Source: Neodothiora populina | Lineage: Eukaryota | DNA length: 64,000 nucleotides | Direction of reading: 5' to 3' | Assembly: GCF_041146345.1 (NCBI RefSeq) | Contig: NW_027191406.1 | Coordinates: 868,001 to 932,000 of the forward strand | Shown here: piece after piece, positions 62,334 to 64,000 of the stretch | How positions within the stretch are numbered: the stretch's first letter is position 1 | How the letters are laid out: each line of letters opens with the position of its first letter | The notes under the pieces: generated by a model | The model's input: the letters and a program-made list of their open reading frames with translations, nothing else | Database searches by the model: none | Told to the model about the DNA's origin: nothing | Program-made: the position numbers and the translations under genes

Positions 62334-63597
62334 GACAAAGAATGCGATCCGGTGGTCGCCGCTCGTGATCGATATACCGGCGGAGAAAAGTCAGAATGTG
62401 CGTGTACTGTCCGATTACCTCAGGTACTGCAAATCCAAGTACTTTAGTCTTCTGGTAGAAAATCGCATTTAAGTTTTGACGCTTTGGCGGCATGCGCGTC
62501 GGCCCGCCGGAGTGGTCAAGGCGGGGCCCGAGTATTTCCATAAGTTCGCCGAAGCTGTGTCGATTGGACCACATGCCTCCCCAGTCAAGTACACTATACT
62601 CACTGGTCGCAAATTCTACTCACGCCCGTAGAGCCCGTCGAGCCCGTCGCATACGTTGCTTTCCACATGTCCCACCTCGCTCAGGGGTGCACTGGGACCC
62701 CATGTTGGGTGCGAGATGGAGCTCTCGACGACTCGATTGGCTGCGCTGCGTGACCCCGGCCCTCGTAGGCGCGTAGGGTATCCCAGTACTGGGCCTTCAC
62801 TCGAACTTCACTCGTCCCCCGCCGGAGACGATGCCGTTCATCGTCCACCAGGGAAATCAAATCCGACGTCAAAGGCTTCCTTTTGCCAGTAGAACGTCTG
62901 AAGAAACACTGACGCAAGGTTCGGTGTGATTGTGCAAATGTGCAAAAGCAGGTGCACGATGCAACCATCCATGTTCTGCATGTCTTGTTGCCCCTGACAT
63001 GTCATGAAACCTGTGATTCCAACGGGCGTCAGCAGACAAAGAAGTCAGAGAAACATCAATCTTGCTAGAAGGTTTTGTGTTGTCATCAAAACCTCGAAAT
63101 TGCCCCCGGTTGGAGGTGTAGCAGGTTCGACTTGCTACGTCCCTCTCGGTATCTCCGCACTACGCTAAGTCACAAGGCCGGGGCCTGGTCATTAAGCCAG
63201 GAGTGCTGAGCTGCGAAAGAGGTAACGGTAGTAGATCTAGTAATACCTTAAAACACCGAAGGAATTACTCCTTCCTCTATCATTCTGTGGACTGGCAGGG
63301 ACGCCACGTGCGACGCCTCAAACAGCAGGTAGACAAACGACTTAGCGTCCACAGTGTCCGCGCTTTCCTCCTGACCTTCGTCCCCCATCTTACTCCACCT
63401 GTCACTTCTCACGTACCTCATGAAACATCTTTTCCTTTCCTTCCCTACGTAGCATTCCTCTTTGATATAAAAGCTGCCACCACGATCCTTGAACGTCCAA
63501 ACCACACTCCTTTGACTTGCCCCTGACATTCCTTCCCTCCATCCAATTCTCACTCCTTCCTTCTTATAATCTTTTTTCTACCACGTCTTCTGTGAAG

Positions 63598-64000
63598 ATG
63601 TACGCCTCATCTTTTCTCCTGGCTTTTTGCCTCGCCCTTGGTCTGGTCCAGGCGACCGTCTACAGCCTTGAGGATGACTACACCGATGACTTCTTCGGTA
63701 ACTTTGACTTCTTCACCGGCCCCGATCCCACCGAGGGTTGGGTCGACTTTCTCTCGTATGACGATGCGTCTGCTAGCGGGCTCATCAAGAGTACAAACCC
63801 CCCTTCTTGGGGCGTTGACAACAACAACGTCATCAGCCCAGACAACTCCGCAGGTCGTCCTTCAGTTCGTCTCACCAGCAAGAAGACCTACAACCAAGGC
63901 CTGTTCATCCTGGATCTTGCCCACATGCCTCACTCCGCGTGTGGAGTCTGGCCTGCATTCTGGACTTTCAGTCAGACTGCCCAATGGCCCGCTGGAGGTG
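63598..64000 (+). CDS. Secreted GH16 endo-1,3(4)-beta-glucanase (fungal Lam16A type), 5' part only; runs off the window
   Basis: Signal peptide MYASSFLLAFCLALGLVQA, then FFGNFDFFTGPDPTEGWVDF, GRPSVRLTSKKTYNQGLFILDLAHMP and CGVWPAFWT...WPAGG, ending just before the expected EIDIIE motif. Confidence 0.92.
   Translation, partial: MYASSFLLAFCLALGLVQATVYSLEDDYTDDFFGNFDFFTGPDPTEGWVDFLSYDDASASGLIKSTNPPSWGVDNNNVISPDNSAGRPSVRLTSKKTYNQGLFILDLAHMPHSACGVWPAFWTFSQTAQWPAGG

Noticed and set aside
62499..62560. GCCGGAGTGGTCAAGGCG resembling a tRNA-Leu/Ser D-arm
   Set aside because: No matching T-arm or cloverleaf downstream; probably a GC-rich promoter hairpin.
63105..63145. Hairpin GTAGCAGGTTCGACTTGCTAC containing a B-box/T-loop-like GGTTCGA
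   Set aside because: No acceptor stem, D-arm or anticodon arm can be built around it, so it is not supportable as a tRNA.
1..64000. CRISPR arrays, rRNA/5S, TPP riboswitch, stop-codon readthrough with a cryptic PTS1
   Set aside because: No repeat-spacer array or matching consensus was found by eye, and the stop contexts I checked lacked TGA-CTA and downstream SKL-type endings.

Overview
Eukaryotic DNA from a filamentous ascomycete (Pezizomycotina, probably a Dothideomycete; inferred from short 46-86 nt GT-AG introns with CTRAC-type branch sites and from gene content). It is gene-dense core genome with about 21 intact or near-intact protein genes: msrB, a DHA1 MFS transporter, 1-Cys peroxiredoxin, ral2, RSC9, a REC114-like meiotic gene, an Rgt1-type Zn2Cys6 factor, a copper-fist factor, BCKDH E1-alpha, MAK5, TRM7, GPI16, LUC7, an ArfGAP, SFT1, YSC84, a PDR ABC transporter, BUD22, a partial GH16 and two unassigned proteins. 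I found no tRNA, rRNA, CRISPR or intact transposon. The main signals that the ORF track hides are: (1) a start-to-stop relic of COQ5 at 32046-32594 (-), with its intron retained, large internal deletions and RIP-like C>T/G>A changes, lying head-to-head with BCKDHA; (2) a broken multi-exon gene with a MYND-like zinc finger at about 2.7-4.8 kb; (3) a palindromic heptamer, TACWGTA, strongly enriched in non-coding DNA; (4) a cluster of AP-1/Yap1-type sites upstream of the ABC transporter; (5) unusual leaders on the copper-fist gene and on LUC7. All gene models were built by hand and all family calls rest on recalled motifs, not database searches.
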